Shown here: positions 63,852 to 64,000 of the stretch, piece by piece
Layout: each line of letters opens with the position of its first letter
Position numbering within the stretch: the first letter of the stretch is position 1
Source of the DNA: Ramazzottius varieornatus
Taxonomy: Eukaryota > Animalia > Tardigrada
DNA length: 64,000 nt
Assembly: GCA_001949185.1 (NCBI GenBank)
Contig: BDGG01000011.1
Coordinates: 765,552-829,551 of the forward strand
Direction of reading: 5' to 3'
The notes under the pieces: model-generated
Database searches by the model: none
What the model was told of the DNA's origin: nothing
The model's input: the letters and a program-made list of their open reading frames with translations, nothing else
Translations under genes and position numbers: made by a program

Positions 63852-64000
63852 TACTTGCCGACGGCGCAATTCGATTATTCAGAGTTTGTATAAAAAGCTT
63901 GCTTGCCGTCTTCCAGGAAACGCATACCCGAAAGCTGCTACTCCACGGCATAAAATCTAAGACCCATAAAACAACGATCAGAAAGTCCATCATGTCGAGT

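Overview
Gene-dense, intron-rich eukaryotic DNA, very probably from the tardigrade Ramazzottius varieornatus: the spliced product at 59445-60698 matches my recollection of the mitochondrial LEA protein RvLEAM. About 24 protein-coding genes are present: PDZ-RhoGEF 5' exon, eIF3g, a CBM14 chitin-binding protein, a TRBP/Loqs-like dsRBD protein, an EB/Cys-rich protein, GH18 chitinase, a fasciclin, a secreted Pro/Gln-rich orphan, two candidate prepropeptides, HPS4-like, AHA1, HRD1, SPATS2-like, CK2-alpha, PSMB5, SLC3A-like, sigma GST, neuferricin, DHODH, GOT1, a Gly/Tyr-rich secreted peptide, LEAM and Na/K-ATPase beta. The main unexplained structure is a dispersed palindromic element found at about 47 loci (about 1 per 1.4 kb), of which about 38 are intronic and none are in coding exons. 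Its core is AAGTGGCGCAC-N25-GTGCGCCACTT. The spacer length is nearly invariant although the spacer sequence is diverged, and units form arrays of 1-4 with a 71-74 bp period. Four TA-flanked Tc1/mariner-type MITEs and one 301-N assembly gap are also present. Exon boundaries and repeat coordinates were read by eye and may be off by several bases.
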